A DNA stretch of 63,992 bases, filler included, from Candidatus Babelota bacterium (GTDB taxonomy: Bacteria > JAGOBX01), in assembly GCA_017999075.1 (NCBI GenBank). It is 12 parts of 12 records of this genome, joined end to end, with 100 filler letters (N's around TTAATTAATTAA, not from the genome) between each part and the next. Parts side by side here need not be neighbours in the genome. Positions count along the whole stretch, not along the records: positions 5,590 to 11,078 come from JAGOBX010000278.1; positions 11,179 to 16,574 come from JAGOBX010000279.1; positions 16,675 to 22,060 come from JAGOBX010000280.1; 9 more parts are not named here. One strand, given 5' to 3'. How positions within the stretch are numbered: the first letter of the stretch is position 1; the number at the start of each line of letters is the position of its first letter. Under the pieces are notes generated by a model that was not told the DNA's origin, searched no databases, and saw nothing but the letters and a program-made list of their open reading frames with translations. Made by a program: the position numbers and the translations under genes. This document shows, in pieces, positions 10,111-20,836 of this stretch.

Positions 10111-11078
10111 ATGTTTTTAAAACAAATAGAGTTAATTGGATTCAAATCTTTTGCGGATAGAGTTCGTCTGGAGTTCGGAGAAGGAGTATCTGCCATAATA
10201 GGTCCTAACGGTTCCGGTAAAAGCAATATATCTGATGCTATGAAATGGGTTCTTGGAGAACAAAGCGTGAAATCTTTGCGTGGAAGTTCAATGGAAGACG
10301 TAATATTTAATGGCACATCAACAAGAAAATCTTTAGGGAGAGCGAGTGTATCAATTACAATTTCCAATGAAAGAGGAATATTGCCTATAGCATTTAAAGA
10401 AGTTACTGTAACAAGAAGAATATTTAGAACAGGGGACAGCCAGTATTTAATAAATGATTCGGAATGCAGATTGAAGGATGTTATAGAATTGTTTATGGAC
10501 ACAGGATTGAGCAAGGGTTCATATTCTATTATAAGTCAAGGACAGATAGGAACGATTTTAACATCAAATCCTTATGATAGGAGAACAATATTTGAAGAGG
10601 CTGCCGGAATAGTTAAATATAAAACTCGGAAAAAAATAGCTTTGAATAAATTGGATGCTACTAAACAGGATTTATTAAGGGTAAGTGATATTCTTCTCGA
10701 ACTTGAAAGGCAAATCCGTTCTTTAAAATATCAGGCTGCAAAAGCAGAACGATATAAGGTTTTAAGCGAGCAGCTTGAAACTACAGAAATATATGCCAGG
10801 TATGTCGAATATGAAAAAAATTTTCTGGAAATTGCCGAATTAAAAAAAGAACATATTTTAAATTCAGATAAAAAAATTGAAATTGAAGCTAAGATTAGCG
10901 CTCATGGTTCTGATTATGAAACTGGAAAATTGCGATTGATGGAACTGGATGGAGAAATCAATAGAATTTCTGAAAAAATATTTGTTTTAAATGAAAATAT
11001 AAAAAATAATGAATATAAAATTCTCGACAATAACAGCAAGATAAACAATTATGATTTTCAGATAAAACAATATGGAGA
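10111..11078 (+). CDS. smc: Chromosome segregation protein SMC, N-terminal part (truncated)
   Basis: GFKSFA, Walker A GPNGSGKSN, LGEQSVKSLRG, Q-loop SIISQG, FEEAAGI. Confidence 0.96.
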
Positions 11079-11178
11079 NNNNNNNNNNNNNNNNNNNNNN
11101 NNNNNNNNNNNNNNNNNNNNNNTTAATTAATTAANNNNNNNNNNNNNNNNNNNNNNNNNNNNNNNNNNNNNNNNNNNN

Positions 11179-11276
11179 CTTATAAATATCTGCATCCATT
11201 CAGCTCCAGAGCTGTCCGCAGATTCAATTGATTTTGATATTCCGCCTGAAATAGAAAAATGCGCGCCTATTTTCAT
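11179..11276 (-). CDS. nfo: Endonuclease IV, N-terminal fragment
   Basis: MKIGAHFSISGGISKSIESADSSGAEWMQIF matches the Nfo N-terminus (GAHxSxxGG...QIF); immediately downstream of valS; cut by the spacer. Confidence 0.8.
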
Positions 11277-11277
11277 T

Positions 11278-13950
11278 TTATTTTTTCAGCTTAATTAGAG
11301 TTTCAGAAAATTCTTTTATAACCTTTTCAAATTCTTCTTTTTTCTTGGTTTCTTTTTCAATAACTTGTTTAGGAGCTTTTGAAATAAATTCAGTGTTTTC
11401 CAATTTTTTTAAAGTTTTGTCAAGTTCGGATTTATTTTTTTCTATCAATTTTGTTATTCTGTCAATTTCAGAATTTACGTCAATATTAGATTTCAATTCA
11501 ACAAAAATAGAAATATAAGGGAGAACTACAGACCCATAATCGTCAGCATTTTCTATTTGTGATTTATTTAATGAATCTAAAAATTTTATTTTTTCTGTTT
11601 TGGCAAGCAGTGAAATATAATTTTCATATTTTTCAATTATTATACGGACTTCATCTTTATCACTAAGAAATATAACTCCGACTTTTTGTGAAGGAGGGAT
11701 ATTATTTTGACTGCAGATGTTTCTTATATTGGTTACAATTTCAATTATCTGATCCATATTCCTGCATTCATTATCTGATATCGAATATTCATCGGGTACA
11801 GGCCAGTCAGAAATCATTATATGTTTTTTAATCCGATATTTTTCAGGAAGTTTCTGCCAGATTTCTTCTGTAATAAAAGGGATTATCGGATGTAATAATT
11901 TTAATACAGAATTCAAAATATCAAATAAAACCGTAATTTTAATATTTTTTACAGATTGAGTTCCTTTAAACAAATCCGGTTTAACTATTTCTATATACCA
12001 ATCACAAAATTTTTTCCATACAAAATCATATAAACAGGCAGCAGCATCGTTAAACCTGTATTTATCAAAATTTTCAGTGACATTTTTTACTGTAAAATTA
12101 AATTCTCTTAAAATCCATTTATCGGCAAGCGATAATTCCTTGTATTCTAATTTATCAAGAATTTTAGTTTCTTCAGAATAATTCATAAAAATAAATCTCG
12201 TAGCATTCCAGATTTTATTCAGAAAATGCCTGTATCCTTCAAGGCGGTTGTAGGACAATTTTATATCTCTGCCTTGTATGGCAAGAGCAGCGAGGGTGAA
12301 TCTCATTGCATCGCATCCGTAATTTTCTATCAGTTCAAGCGGATCAATTGCATTTCCGCTTGATTTACTCATTTTTTCTCCTGTTTCAGTTCTTATCAGA
12401 GCATGTATATAGATATCTCTAAATGGAACATTACCCATAAAATGTTCACCCATAATTATCATTCTCGCAACCCAAAAAAATATTATATCGAACGCCGTAG
12501 ATAATACTGTAGTCGGATAAAACATTTTTAAATCATTAGTTTTTTCAGGCCAGCCTAAAGTTGAAAACGGCCATAGTGCAGAAGAAAACCATGTGTCCAG
12601 GACATCTTCATCCTGGCGTAGATGTTGAGATCCGCATTTTGAACATTTATCCGGAACAGTTTTTGAAACAATTATGTTATCACAATCATTACAATACCAC
12701 ACCGGTATTCTGTGCCCCCACCAAATCTGGCGTGAAATACACCAATCCCTTACTTTTTCCATCCAATCAAAATAAGTGGTTTCCCAATTTTTAGGATGAA
12801 ACTTCACTTTTCCTGATTTAACAGATTCTATTGCAGGTTCAACGAGAGGTTTCATCTTAACAAACCATTGTTTTGAAATATACGGTTCTATAATTGTCTT
12901 ACATCTGTAACAATGACCCACCTGGTGTTTATGAGGTTCTATTTTAATTAAATATCCGTCTTTTTTTAAATCTTGAACAACATTTTTTCTGGCTGTAAAT
13001 CTATCCAATCCTTTATATTTTCCAGTATTTTCATTCATTTTAGCGTCATCGGTCAAAATGTTTATTTCTTCAAGATTATGTTTTTTCCCTATCAGAAAAT
13101 CATTAGGATCGTGAGCAGGAGTTATTTTTAAAGAACCTGTTCCAAATTCAGGATCAACATAATTATCAGCTATAACTTTAAGCTCGCGGTTCATCAATGG
13201 AAGTATAACTGTTTTTCCAATATATTTTACATAACGTTCGTCAGATGGATGGACCGCTACAGCAGTATCTCCAAGCATTGTTTCAGGTCTGGTAGTAGCA
13301 ATAGTCAAATATTCCGAACTGTCTTTAAAAAAATATTTTATATAATAAAACGCGCCATCTACTTCATTATGATCGACTTCATCATCAGCTAAAGCAGTAA
13401 CACAGCGTGGACACCAGTTTACTATATAATTTCCGCGGTAAATAAGTTTTTCGTTATAAAGTCTTATAAAAACTTCTTTAACAGCATTTGACAACCCTTC
13501 ATCCATTGTAAATCTTAGACGCGACCAGTCGCAAGAGGCTCCGAGTTTTTTTAATTGCTGTATAATTCTGTTCCCATATTCATTTTTCCATTCCCAAACC
13601 TTTTCAATAAATTTTTCTCTGCCTAAATCATGCCTGCTTATTTTTTGTTTCAACAGCATTTTTTCAACTACATTCTGTGTTGCAATTCCGGCATGGTCAG
13701 TACCTGGCAGCCATAAAACATCATAACCCTGCATTCTTTTGAATCTTGATAAAATATCTTGGATTGTATTGTTGAAAGCATGTCCTATATGCAGCTGACC
13801 TGTTACATTAGGGGGAGGTATTACAATACAAAAATGCTGTTTGTCAGGATTTCCTTCAGCTTTGAAATAATTATTATTTTCCCAAATTTCATACCATTTA
13901 TTTTCTATACTTTTGGGTTCATAACTTTTTCCCAATTCTTTTTCAGTCAT
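11278..13950 (-). CDS. valS: Valine--tRNA ligase
   Basis: PPPNVTGQLHIGH, WCISRQIWWGHRIP, KMSKS, C-terminal coiled coil; start placed at ATG 13950 after GGAGAG. Confidence 0.97.
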   Translation of the reverse strand: MTEKELGKSYEPKSIENKWYEIWENNNYFKAEGNPDKQHFCIVIPPPNVTGQLHIGHAFNNTIQDILSRFKRMQGYDVLWLPGTDHAGIATQNVVEKMLLKQKISRHDLGREKFIEKVWEWKNEYGNRIIQQLKKLGASCDWSRLRFTMDEGLSNAVKEVFIRLYNEKLIYRGNYIVNWCPRCVTALADDEVDHNEVDGAFYYIKYFFKDSSEYLTIATTRPETMLGDTAVAVHPSDERYVKYIGKTVILPLMNRELKVIADNYVDPEFGTGSLKITPAHDPNDFLIGKKHNLEEINILTDDAKMNENTGKYKGLDRFTARKNVVQDLKKDGYLIKIEPHKHQVGHCYRCKTIIEPYISKQWFVKMKPLVEPAIESVKSGKVKFHPKNWETTYFDWMEKVRDWCISRQIWWGHRIPVWYCNDCDNIIVSKTVPDKCSKCGSQHLRQDEDVLDTWFSSALWPFSTLGWPEKTNDLKMFYPTTVLSTAFDIIFFWVARMIIMGEHFMGNVPFRDIYIHALIRTETGEKMSKSSGNAIDPLELIENYGCDAMRFTLAALAIQGRDIKLSYNRLEGYRHFLNKIWNATRFIFMNYSEETKILDKLEYKELSLADKWILREFNFTVKNVTENFDKYRFNDAAACLYDFVWKKFCDWYIEIVKPDLFKGTQSVKNIKITVLFDILNSVLKLLHPIIPFITEEIWQKLPEKYRIKKHIMISDWPVPDEYSISDNECRNMDQIIEIVTNIRNICSQNNIPPSQKVGVIFLSDKDEVRIIIEKYENYISLLAKTEKIKFLDSLNKSQIENADDYGSVVLPYISIFVELKSNIDVNSEIDRITKLIEKNKSELDKTLKKLENTEFISKAPKQVIEKETKKKEEFEKVIKEFSETLIKLKK

Positions 13951-14173
13951 TTTTTTAGAACACTCTCCCGAAAAAATATTAAATAATAACATTAACTAAA
14001 ATACAAATAACTGCAATCATTTTTTTATAACGATTAATTTTTATATTATTATATCGAATAAAAAAATTATTTTTATTTTTTTAATACTATATTTTTTTTT
14101 ATCAAAATGTCAATTTAAATAAAACATTTAGAAATAACGAATATCCTTTTTTTTCTTTAGAATTTTGAAATAT

Positions 14174-14205
14174 AGCACTCGCATTATAAAATGCGAATCC
14201 GTGCT
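14174..14205. terminator. Imperfect hairpin downstream of the ABC-F gene (terminator or REP-like palindrome)
   Basis: AGCAC-TCGCATT / AATGCGA-atcc-GTGCT with a 4-nt bulge. Confidence 0.4.
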
Positions 14206-14227
14206 TATGCATCAAGTAAAAACAGTT

Positions 14228-16063
14228 CTAATTTTTTTTTAGTGATTCAAATAATTCTGTTTCTCTTGCAAGCAAATCGTAATTTTTTTCTATCAAGCTG
14301 TTAAGTTCAATATTGCGTTTTGAAATTGATGCGATAACTTCGCGATCCCCTTCGTTTGAAGCTTTTATTAAAACCTGATAATTATCATTGAGTTCCGATT
14401 CAAAAAAATTGATATTTTTTTCCAGTTCTTTAATCTTATTTTCGACAGGTTTTAATTTTTTATTTTTTTCTTTAAAGGCTTCATTTCTGAGTTTCAAAGA
14501 TTCTTTTTTTAAATCAAATTCTTCTAAATCATTAGTTTTTTCTTTTTTTTTTTTTAAAGATTTGTTATCCAATCCGTCATCTTCCCATCCTACAGTTTCA
14601 AGAAAATACTGGTAACTACCTTCAAAAACCGTTATTTTTCCGCGATCAAAAATTATTAACCTGTTAGCTATAGCGTTTAAATATAGTTCATTATGGGTTA
14701 CTATTAGTATTGCTCCGTCAAATGAATCAAGTGCAGCCATCAACGAATCGCATGACTCCATATCAAGATGATTTGTAGGTTCATCAAGCAAAAGCATATT
14801 AACCGGAGACACCAATATTTTACCAAGAAGAACCCTGCTTCGTTCACCTCCTGATAAAACTGATATTTTTTTTAATGCATTATCGTTTTCAAACATTAAC
14901 GCACCGCAAATATTCCTGGCGCGCTGAATAGAATAATCAGGATCTGTCAGCATTATTTCATCAAGAGCAGAATTACTTTCCGTCAATCGCATAATATTCG
15001 TTTGTCCGAAATATCCTGTTTCAAGCATATGGTGTTTTTTAATTGTTCCGCTTATCGGCATAAGTTCTCCGGTTATCAATCTTAATAGTGTAGTCTTCCC
15101 TTTACCATTTTTACCTATTACTCCTATCCGATCATTTTTACCTATTACAATTGAAAAATTATCTATTATATTATTTTCGCAGTTATCGAATGAAAAAGAA
15201 ACATTCTCTATTTCCATCATATTTTTTGCAGGGAAATCTTTATTTGTGAAAGAAAAATCTATAGTTTTTATTCTTTCAAGTTTATCAAATTTTTCCTGTT
15301 TTTCCAAACTTTTAATTCTGGACTGAACCAAATTGGCAAGCCTGGCTTTAGCTCTGAATCTGCTTATAAATAATTCTGTTTCTTTTCTTTTTTTTTCATC
15401 GTTTATCCTTGTTTTTTCATAAATCTCCTCTTCTTTCAAAATTTGTGAATATGTTTTTTCAGTGCCTCCTTCAGTTTTTTTGATTTTTTTACGGTGAATT
15501 GCCAATATATGTGAAACTACACTGTCCATAAAATTTCTGTCATGAGTTATTAAAAGCAGTTCGTTCTGCCATTGATTTAAAAATTTTATGAGCCACCTGA
15601 TTGAAACTATATCGAGATAATTTGTAGGTTCGTCAAGAAGAAGCATATCAGGTTCAGATATAAGCGTTTTAGCGAGATTAATCCTAACTTGATACCCGCC
15701 GGAAAATTCGTTTATGGGTCTTCTCATATCGTCTTTTGAAAATCCAAGTCCTGTTAATATTTTTTCAACTCTCCAAATGTTATGTTCTTCATTAATCGGT
15801 AAACCAAGACAAGCTTCATCTAAAGGAGTAGGACTTTTAAAATTTATATGCTGTTCAAGATATCCTATTTTATAATTATTAGGAATTGAAATTTTTCCTG
15901 AATCCGGTTCTTCCATACCAAGCAAAATTCTAAACAGCGTTGTTTTTCCGTGCCCGTTTCTGCCTACAATCCCTATACGTTCTCTTTTATTTACAGTAAA
16001 TGTAATATTATCAAATAAAACCTGTCGCCCGTAATATTTGCTTAAATTAGAAACTGTAATCAA
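14228..16063 (-). CDS. ABC-F family ATPase (YheS/Uup-like)
   Basis: Two ABC cassettes (GRNGHGKTT/FSGG/LLLDEPTN and GKNGKGKTT/LSGGE/LLLDEPTN), no TM, C-terminal coiled coil; TTG start after GGAGG. Confidence 0.92.
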   Translation of the reverse strand: MITVSNLSKYYGRQVLFDNITFTVNKRERIGIVGRNGHGKTTLFRILLGMEEPDSGKISIPNNYKIGYLEQHINFKSPTPLDEACLGLPINEEHNIWRVEKILTGLGFSKDDMRRPINEFSGGYQVRINLAKTLISEPDMLLLDEPTNYLDIVSIRWLIKFLNQWQNELLLITHDRNFMDSVVSHILAIHRKKIKKTEGGTEKTYSQILKEEEIYEKTRINDEKKRKETELFISRFRAKARLANLVQSRIKSLEKQEKFDKLERIKTIDFSFTNKDFPAKNMMEIENVSFSFDNCENNIIDNFSIVIGKNDRIGVIGKNGKGKTTLLRLITGELMPISGTIKKHHMLETGYFGQTNIMRLTESNSALDEIMLTDPDYSIQRARNICGALMFENDNALKKISVLSGGERSRVLLGKILVSPVNMLLLDEPTNHLDMESCDSLMAALDSFDGAILIVTHNELYLNAIANRLIIFDRGKITVFEGSYQYFLETVGWEDDGLDNKSLKKKKEKTNDLEEFDLKKESLKLRNEAFKEKNKKLKPVENKIKELEKNINFFESELNDNYQVLIKASNEGDREVIASISKRNIELNSLIEKNYDLLARETELFESLKKN

Positions 16064-16357
16064 CTTTTTCCTCCATAAATGGGAATATTTCCAAATGCCC
16101 ATTTTATATAAGATTTATATTTTGGAAACAATTCCATAATACATACTAATTTTAGAAAAATATTAAATAAACCTAAAAAATGCAACATACTTTTTTTGTA
16201 TTATTGAAAATTTGACAAAATCAGGTATTTTATGTGGTATTGATAATTTTTAAATATTTTTCTCGCAATTTTTGGATTGTATATTATCAGATTTATTCAA
16301 TCAGCTAAAAAACCAAGTAAAATAAAATTTTAAAGATGATTTTCAGTAAGATTATTT

Positions 16358-16573
16358 TTAATTTTCAATTTGATAATGGGTTAAATTAAATGATGAAATA
16401 TCAATTTTTTTCATTTTATTTTCAACGGTATATTTTAAAATAGAATTATTATATTTAGTATCAGGATTCCATTTTTTTATGATTCCATTTTCATATTCCA
16501 ATAAATAATAATTATAAAATTTAAATTTTTTATTTAAAAATTCATAATTCTCAATGCCTGCATCTTCCCAGTA
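16358..16573 (-). CDS. Hypothetical protein, C-terminal fragment
   Basis: Open frame from the contig edge (YWEDAGIENYEF...HYQIEN*), 71 aa. Confidence 0.45.
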   Translation of the reverse strand, partial: YWEDAGIENYEFLNKKFKFYNYYLLEYENGIIKKWNPDTKYNNSILKYTVENKMKKIDISSFNLTHYQIEN

Positions 16574-16674
16574 GNNNNNNNNNNNNNNNNNNNNNNNNNN
16601 NNNNNNNNNNNNNNNNNNTTAATTAATTAANNNNNNNNNNNNNNNNNNNNNNNNNNNNNNNNNNNNNNNNNNNN

Positions 16675-18099
16675 ATATGTTCTCTGATAAAAAAGTTCTA
16701 TTCATCTATACCTATTTTAGGTATATGTTTAGGCCATCAGGCTATAGGATATGCGCTTGGAGGAAAAATTAGCGGAGCAAAAAAAATAATGCATGGAAAA
16801 ATATCAAAAATTTTTCATAATAAAACAGGTATTTTTTCCAACATAAACAACCCGTTTAATGCGGTTAGATACCATTCTCTTGTTATTGACAGCGATTGCC
16901 TGCCAGAAGAACTTGAAATTACTGCTCATACCGAAGACGGAACAATTATGGGAGTTCAACACAAAAAATTCCCATTTTTACAAGGAATTCAATTTCACCC
17001 TGAATCAATTTTAACTGAAGAAGGAAAAAAACTATTACTTAATTTTTTTAACTCTTTTGAAAACAGTTCTTCCAAAAAAAACGGAGATTTAAAAGAATAC
17101 ATAAAAAAAGTTGTTGATGATATAAATTTGAACCAAGAAGAATCTGTAAATGCTATGAGAATAATAATGAACGGAAATGCCACACCTTCACAAATAGCTG
17201 CATTTATGACTGCATTAAGATTAAAAGGAGAAACAATCGATGAAATCACCGGATTTGCGAGGGTTATGCGTGAAAAATCAACTAAAATTAAAGTAACTTC
17301 AACTAATCTTGTTGATACTTGCGGAACAGGCGGTGATATGAGCAATACTTTTAATATATCAACATGTTCTGCATTTGTTGCCGCAGGAGCAGGAGTTAAA
17401 ATATCAAAACACGGAAACAGATCAGTTAGCAGTCATTGCGGAAGTGCTGATATACTTTCAGCGCTGGGAGTTAATATTGACCTTACACCTGAACAGACAG
17501 GTAAATGCATAGATTCTGTAGGTATAGGTTTTTTATTTGCTCCAAAACTTCACGGTGCAATGAAATACGCTATGACTCCAAGAAAAGAAATGGGAATCAG
17601 GACAGTGTTCAACATTTTAGGACCTTTATGCAATCCTTCATTCGCTGAACATCAGGTGCTTGGAGTTTATGACGAATCTCTGACCGAAATATTAGCTAAT
17701 GTTTTAAAAAATTTAGGAGTCAAATCTGCCTTTGTTGTTCACGGTTGCGATGGACTTGACGAAGTAACTCTTACGGATTATTCAAAAATATCAGAACTTA
17801 AAAATGGAATTGTCAAAACTTACAAATTCAATCCTGTAGAATATGGTTTTCATTTATGCGCTCCCGAAGATCTTAAAAGCGGTTCTATCGAAAATAATGT
17901 GGATATATTCAAATCAATTCTTGATGGAAAAAAATCTCCAAAAACCGATATTGTATTAATAAACGCAGCATTTGCCATTCTAATGGGTAAAGAAGGCATT
18001 AATAATTTTAAAGATGCAGTTGAGCTTGCAAAAGATTCTATTTTTTCCGGCAAAGCAAAAAAGAAATTAAATGAACTTATAGAATTTACAAATAAATAA
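16675..18099 (+). CDS. trpGD: Bifunctional anthranilate synthase component II / anthranilate phosphoribosyltransferase (5' truncated)
   Basis: Frame open from the contig edge: PILGICLGHQ, RYHSL, QFHPES (GATase), then DTCGTGGD and KHGNRS (TrpD). Confidence 0.95.
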   Translation: MCSLIKKFYSSIPILGICLGHQAIGYALGGKISGAKKIMHGKISKIFHNKTGIFSNINNPFNAVRYHSLVIDSDCLPEELEITAHTEDGTIMGVQHKKFPFLQGIQFHPESILTEEGKKLLLNFFNSFENSSSKKNGDLKEYIKKVVDDINLNQEESVNAMRIIMNGNATPSQIAAFMTALRLKGETIDEITGFARVMREKSTKIKVTSTNLVDTCGTGGDMSNTFNISTCSAFVAAGAGVKISKHGNRSVSSHCGSADILSALGVNIDLTPEQTGKCIDSVGIGFLFAPKLHGAMKYAMTPRKEMGIRTVFNILGPLCNPSFAEHQVLGVYDESLTEILANVLKNLGVKSAFVVHGCDGLDEVTLTDYSKISELKNGIVKTYKFNPVEYGFHLCAPEDLKSGSIENNVDIFKSILDGKKSPKTDIVLINAAFAILMGKEGINNFKDAVELAKDSIFSGKAKKKLNELIEFTNK

Positions 18100-18120
18100 A
18101 TTTTCAAAACAACAACTGTT

Positions 18121-20007
18121 ATGCTTAAAAATATTTTTGAAAATAAAATTATTTCATGTTTATTGCTCGTATGCATTTCTTTCACTGTTTTTTCCCCGTC
18201 TTTGCAGTCAGGGTTTATCAATCTTGATGACAAAAATTATCTTATTAATAATGATTATGTAAAAAAACTATCCTTCACAAACATAAAAAAAATTTTCACT
18301 ACATACCACGAAGGCGCTTATAAACCTCTGGTTTTTTTTACATTTTCTATAGAGCGGCATTTTTTCGGATTAACACCTTTTGTTTACAGAATCAACAATT
18401 TAATCATTCATATAATAAATATTATTCTTGTATTCATGCTTTTCAGACTTCAGATAAAGGATGATATAATTTCACCTTTTTTCATAGCTTTGCTGTTCGG
18501 TATTCATCCGATAAAAACAGAATCTGTCATATGGATTACCGAACGTAAAGATATGCTCTTCGGAATTTTTTTTTTAAGCGCTTCGATAAGTTATATTAAA
18601 TTTTCAATAAACAAATCAACCGCTAATTATATTTTATCAATTTTATTTCTTACAATTTCTCTTCTTGCTAAACCGCAGGCAATAACTTTCCCATTCATTC
18701 TTATTTTATATGATTATTTAACTGAACAAATTTTATTGAAAAACATAATCAATAAAATTCCTTTTATAATTATATGTCTGATTTTCATTATATTCAACAT
18801 TTTTCAAAATAATTCTGTAAATTCTCAGTTTATCTTTAATTCCTTTTCTGATTCAATATTTATAGGAGTTTTCAATATATTGTTCTATATTTCAAAATTA
18901 ATTTTTCCTTATAAAATTTCTTTTATATATCCTGAACCAAAACTTTTATTTTCCCAATTTTCATTTTATGACAATCTTCATTTTTATTCTGTTCTACTAT
19001 CCTTTACATTTATAATATTTTATTTAACAAAAAAAAACAAAACGCGGATAATAATCGCAGGTTTATGTTTTTTTATAATATCAATATTCCCTACTCTTCA
19101 TATTATAACAATAGGGAAAGTAGCTACTGCAAACAGATATAATTATATACCTTCCATAGGAATTTTTTTTATATTGATATATTTTATAAAAACAGTAATT
19201 TCCGAACAAAAGTTACATAAAAATATAAAAAACTATATTTTATTATTCATAGTAATAATCATATCATTTTATGCGGCAAGTACATATTTTCTTAATTTAA
19301 ATTGGAATAACAGTGATTCTATTTTTACAGACGCTATTCAAAAATACAAAAAAAATCCTTTTGCTTTTTTATGCAGAGCCGGAAATTATTATGATTTAAA
19401 AAAATACGATAACGCATTATCAGATTGTATTAAAACATTAAAAATGTCTCCTGAAGACTATGATGCTTTACGGCTTCGAGGAAAAATTTACATTTCATTA
19501 AATAATTTTGATAAGGCTTTTGACGATCTGTCTGAAGTTATAAAAAAATACTATGATCCCGACATATATAATTCAATGGGAATAATATATTATTCCACTG
19601 CCAATTATGATACCGCTGCACAACTATATTCAGTTGCAATTTCATTAGAGCCAAATAATTCAAAATTCATTTATAACCGCGCTCTATCTTATTTTAATAT
19701 GAAAAAGTTTAATGATGCAGAACTTGATTTCAAAAAAATTCTTAAAATAAATGATTCTTTTTTCATATCCTATTATTATCTCGGATTAATTAAATTTTTA
19801 ACTAAAAATTATCTTGAAGCGGAGTTGTTTTTTACACAGTCATTAAATTTAAACTCAAATATTATATTAAGTTATTACTACAGGGCTTTATGTAATTACA
19901 ATTTAAACCAATACGAAAAAGCTAAATCCGATTCAGATTATTTGTTATCTAAATATCCGAAAAATACTGAATTTATAAAGTTAAAAAAAATTGTCTATGG
20001 CAAATAA
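18121..20007 (+). CDS. TMTC-like multi-pass membrane protein (putative GT-C glycosyltransferase) with C-terminal TPRs
   Basis: NLDD acidic motif after TM1, YKPL, HPIKTESVIWITERKD, ANRYNYIPS, followed by tandem TPRs. Confidence 0.8.
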   Translation: MLKNIFENKIISCLLLVCISFTVFSPSLQSGFINLDDKNYLINNDYVKKLSFTNIKKIFTTYHEGAYKPLVFFTFSIERHFFGLTPFVYRINNLIIHIINIILVFMLFRLQIKDDIISPFFIALLFGIHPIKTESVIWITERKDMLFGIFFLSASISYIKFSINKSTANYILSILFLTISLLAKPQAITFPFILILYDYLTEQILLKNIINKIPFIIICLIFIIFNIFQNNSVNSQFIFNSFSDSIFIGVFNILFYISKLIFPYKISFIYPEPKLLFSQFSFYDNLHFYSVLLSFTFIIFYLTKKNKTRIIIAGLCFFIISIFPTLHIITIGKVATANRYNYIPSIGIFFILIYFIKTVISEQKLHKNIKNYILLFIVIIISFYAASTYFLNLNWNNSDSIFTDAIQKYKKNPFAFLCRAGNYYDLKKYDNALSDCIKTLKMSPEDYDALRLRGKIYISLNNFDKAFDDLSEVIKKYYDPDIYNSMGIIYYSTANYDTAAQLYSVAISLEPNNSKFIYNRALSYFNMKKFNDAELDFKKILKINDSFFISYYYLGLIKFLTKNYLEAELFFTQSLNLNSNIILSYYYRALCNYNLNQYEKAKSDSDYLLSKYPKNTEFIKLKKIVYGK

Positions 20008-20782
20008 ATTTTTTTTTGACCCTCTTATAAACAAATTGTCTGCGGCCATTTCAGATTTTTTATATCCTCAATTTTGTTTAAACTGCAATATTATTCTGAA
20101 TTCTGATACAGAAATTATTTTCTGTAAGGGATGTTCCGAAAGTGTTTTAATACCGCCTTCATACAAATCAGTATGCAATAAATGCGGAAAAATAATGTCA
20201 TCAGATTTAAGCGTTCCTCCTGAAATTTTATTATGTTCAGATTGTTCTGAATCTAAAATTTTTTTTGAACAGGCGCGCCATATATACAATTATAACGGCA
20301 TAATAGAAACATTGATAAAACGTTTCAAATACTACCGGGAAACAGATGCTTCATATGTATTCAGCAATCAAATATTCAAATATCTAAAAACAGCGGATTA
20401 CAATGTTAAAATATTCGATTTTATAGTAAACGTTCCTATGACCGACTTAAAAATAAAACAACGCGGCGTAGATCATATAGACATACTATGCAGCAACATT
20501 GCTGAAAAAAGTAAAATCCCATATGCTAAAAACGTTTTGATTAAAATAAAAGATACGAAACAACAGGCTGGTTTATCAAGAAATGACAGAATAACAAATT
20601 TAAAAAAATCTTTTAAATTCAATACTACCGATTATTCCTCAGAACTTTTCTTTGAAAAAAATATTTTAGTTATAGATGATGTTTTCTCTACAGGTACTAC
20701 AGTTAACGAATGTTGTAAAATTTTTAAAAAAAAATGTAAATCAGCAAAACTTTACGTATTAACTATTGCCAGAGGCATGTAA
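19997..20782 (+). CDS. comF: ComF family protein (double zinc ribbon + PRTase fold)
   Basis: Four CxxC pairs, RG motif, QAGL, VIDDVFSTGTT, TIAR end; ORF track start TTG 19991. Confidence 0.9.
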   Translation: MANKFFFDPLINKLSAAISDFLYPQFCLNCNIILNSDTEIIFCKGCSESVLIPPSYKSVCNKCGKIMSSDLSVPPEILLCSDCSESKIFFEQARHIYNYNGIIETLIKRFKYYRETDASYVFSNQIFKYLKTADYNVKIFDFIVNVPMTDLKIKQRGVDHIDILCSNIAEKSKIPYAKNVLIKIKDTKQQAGLSRNDRITNLKKSFKFNTTDYSSELFFEKNILVIDDVFSTGTTVNECCKIFKKKCKSAKLYVLTIARGM

Positions 20783-20836
20783 CTATAAGCAATATTAATA
20801 AAGTTAGAATAACAACATTTAGTTAAGAACATTAAG

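Noticed and set aside
13951-14227. T-box riboswitch upstream of valS
   Set aside because: No T-box consensus (GGTGGNACCGCG) or antiterminator is visible; the region is simply AT-rich.
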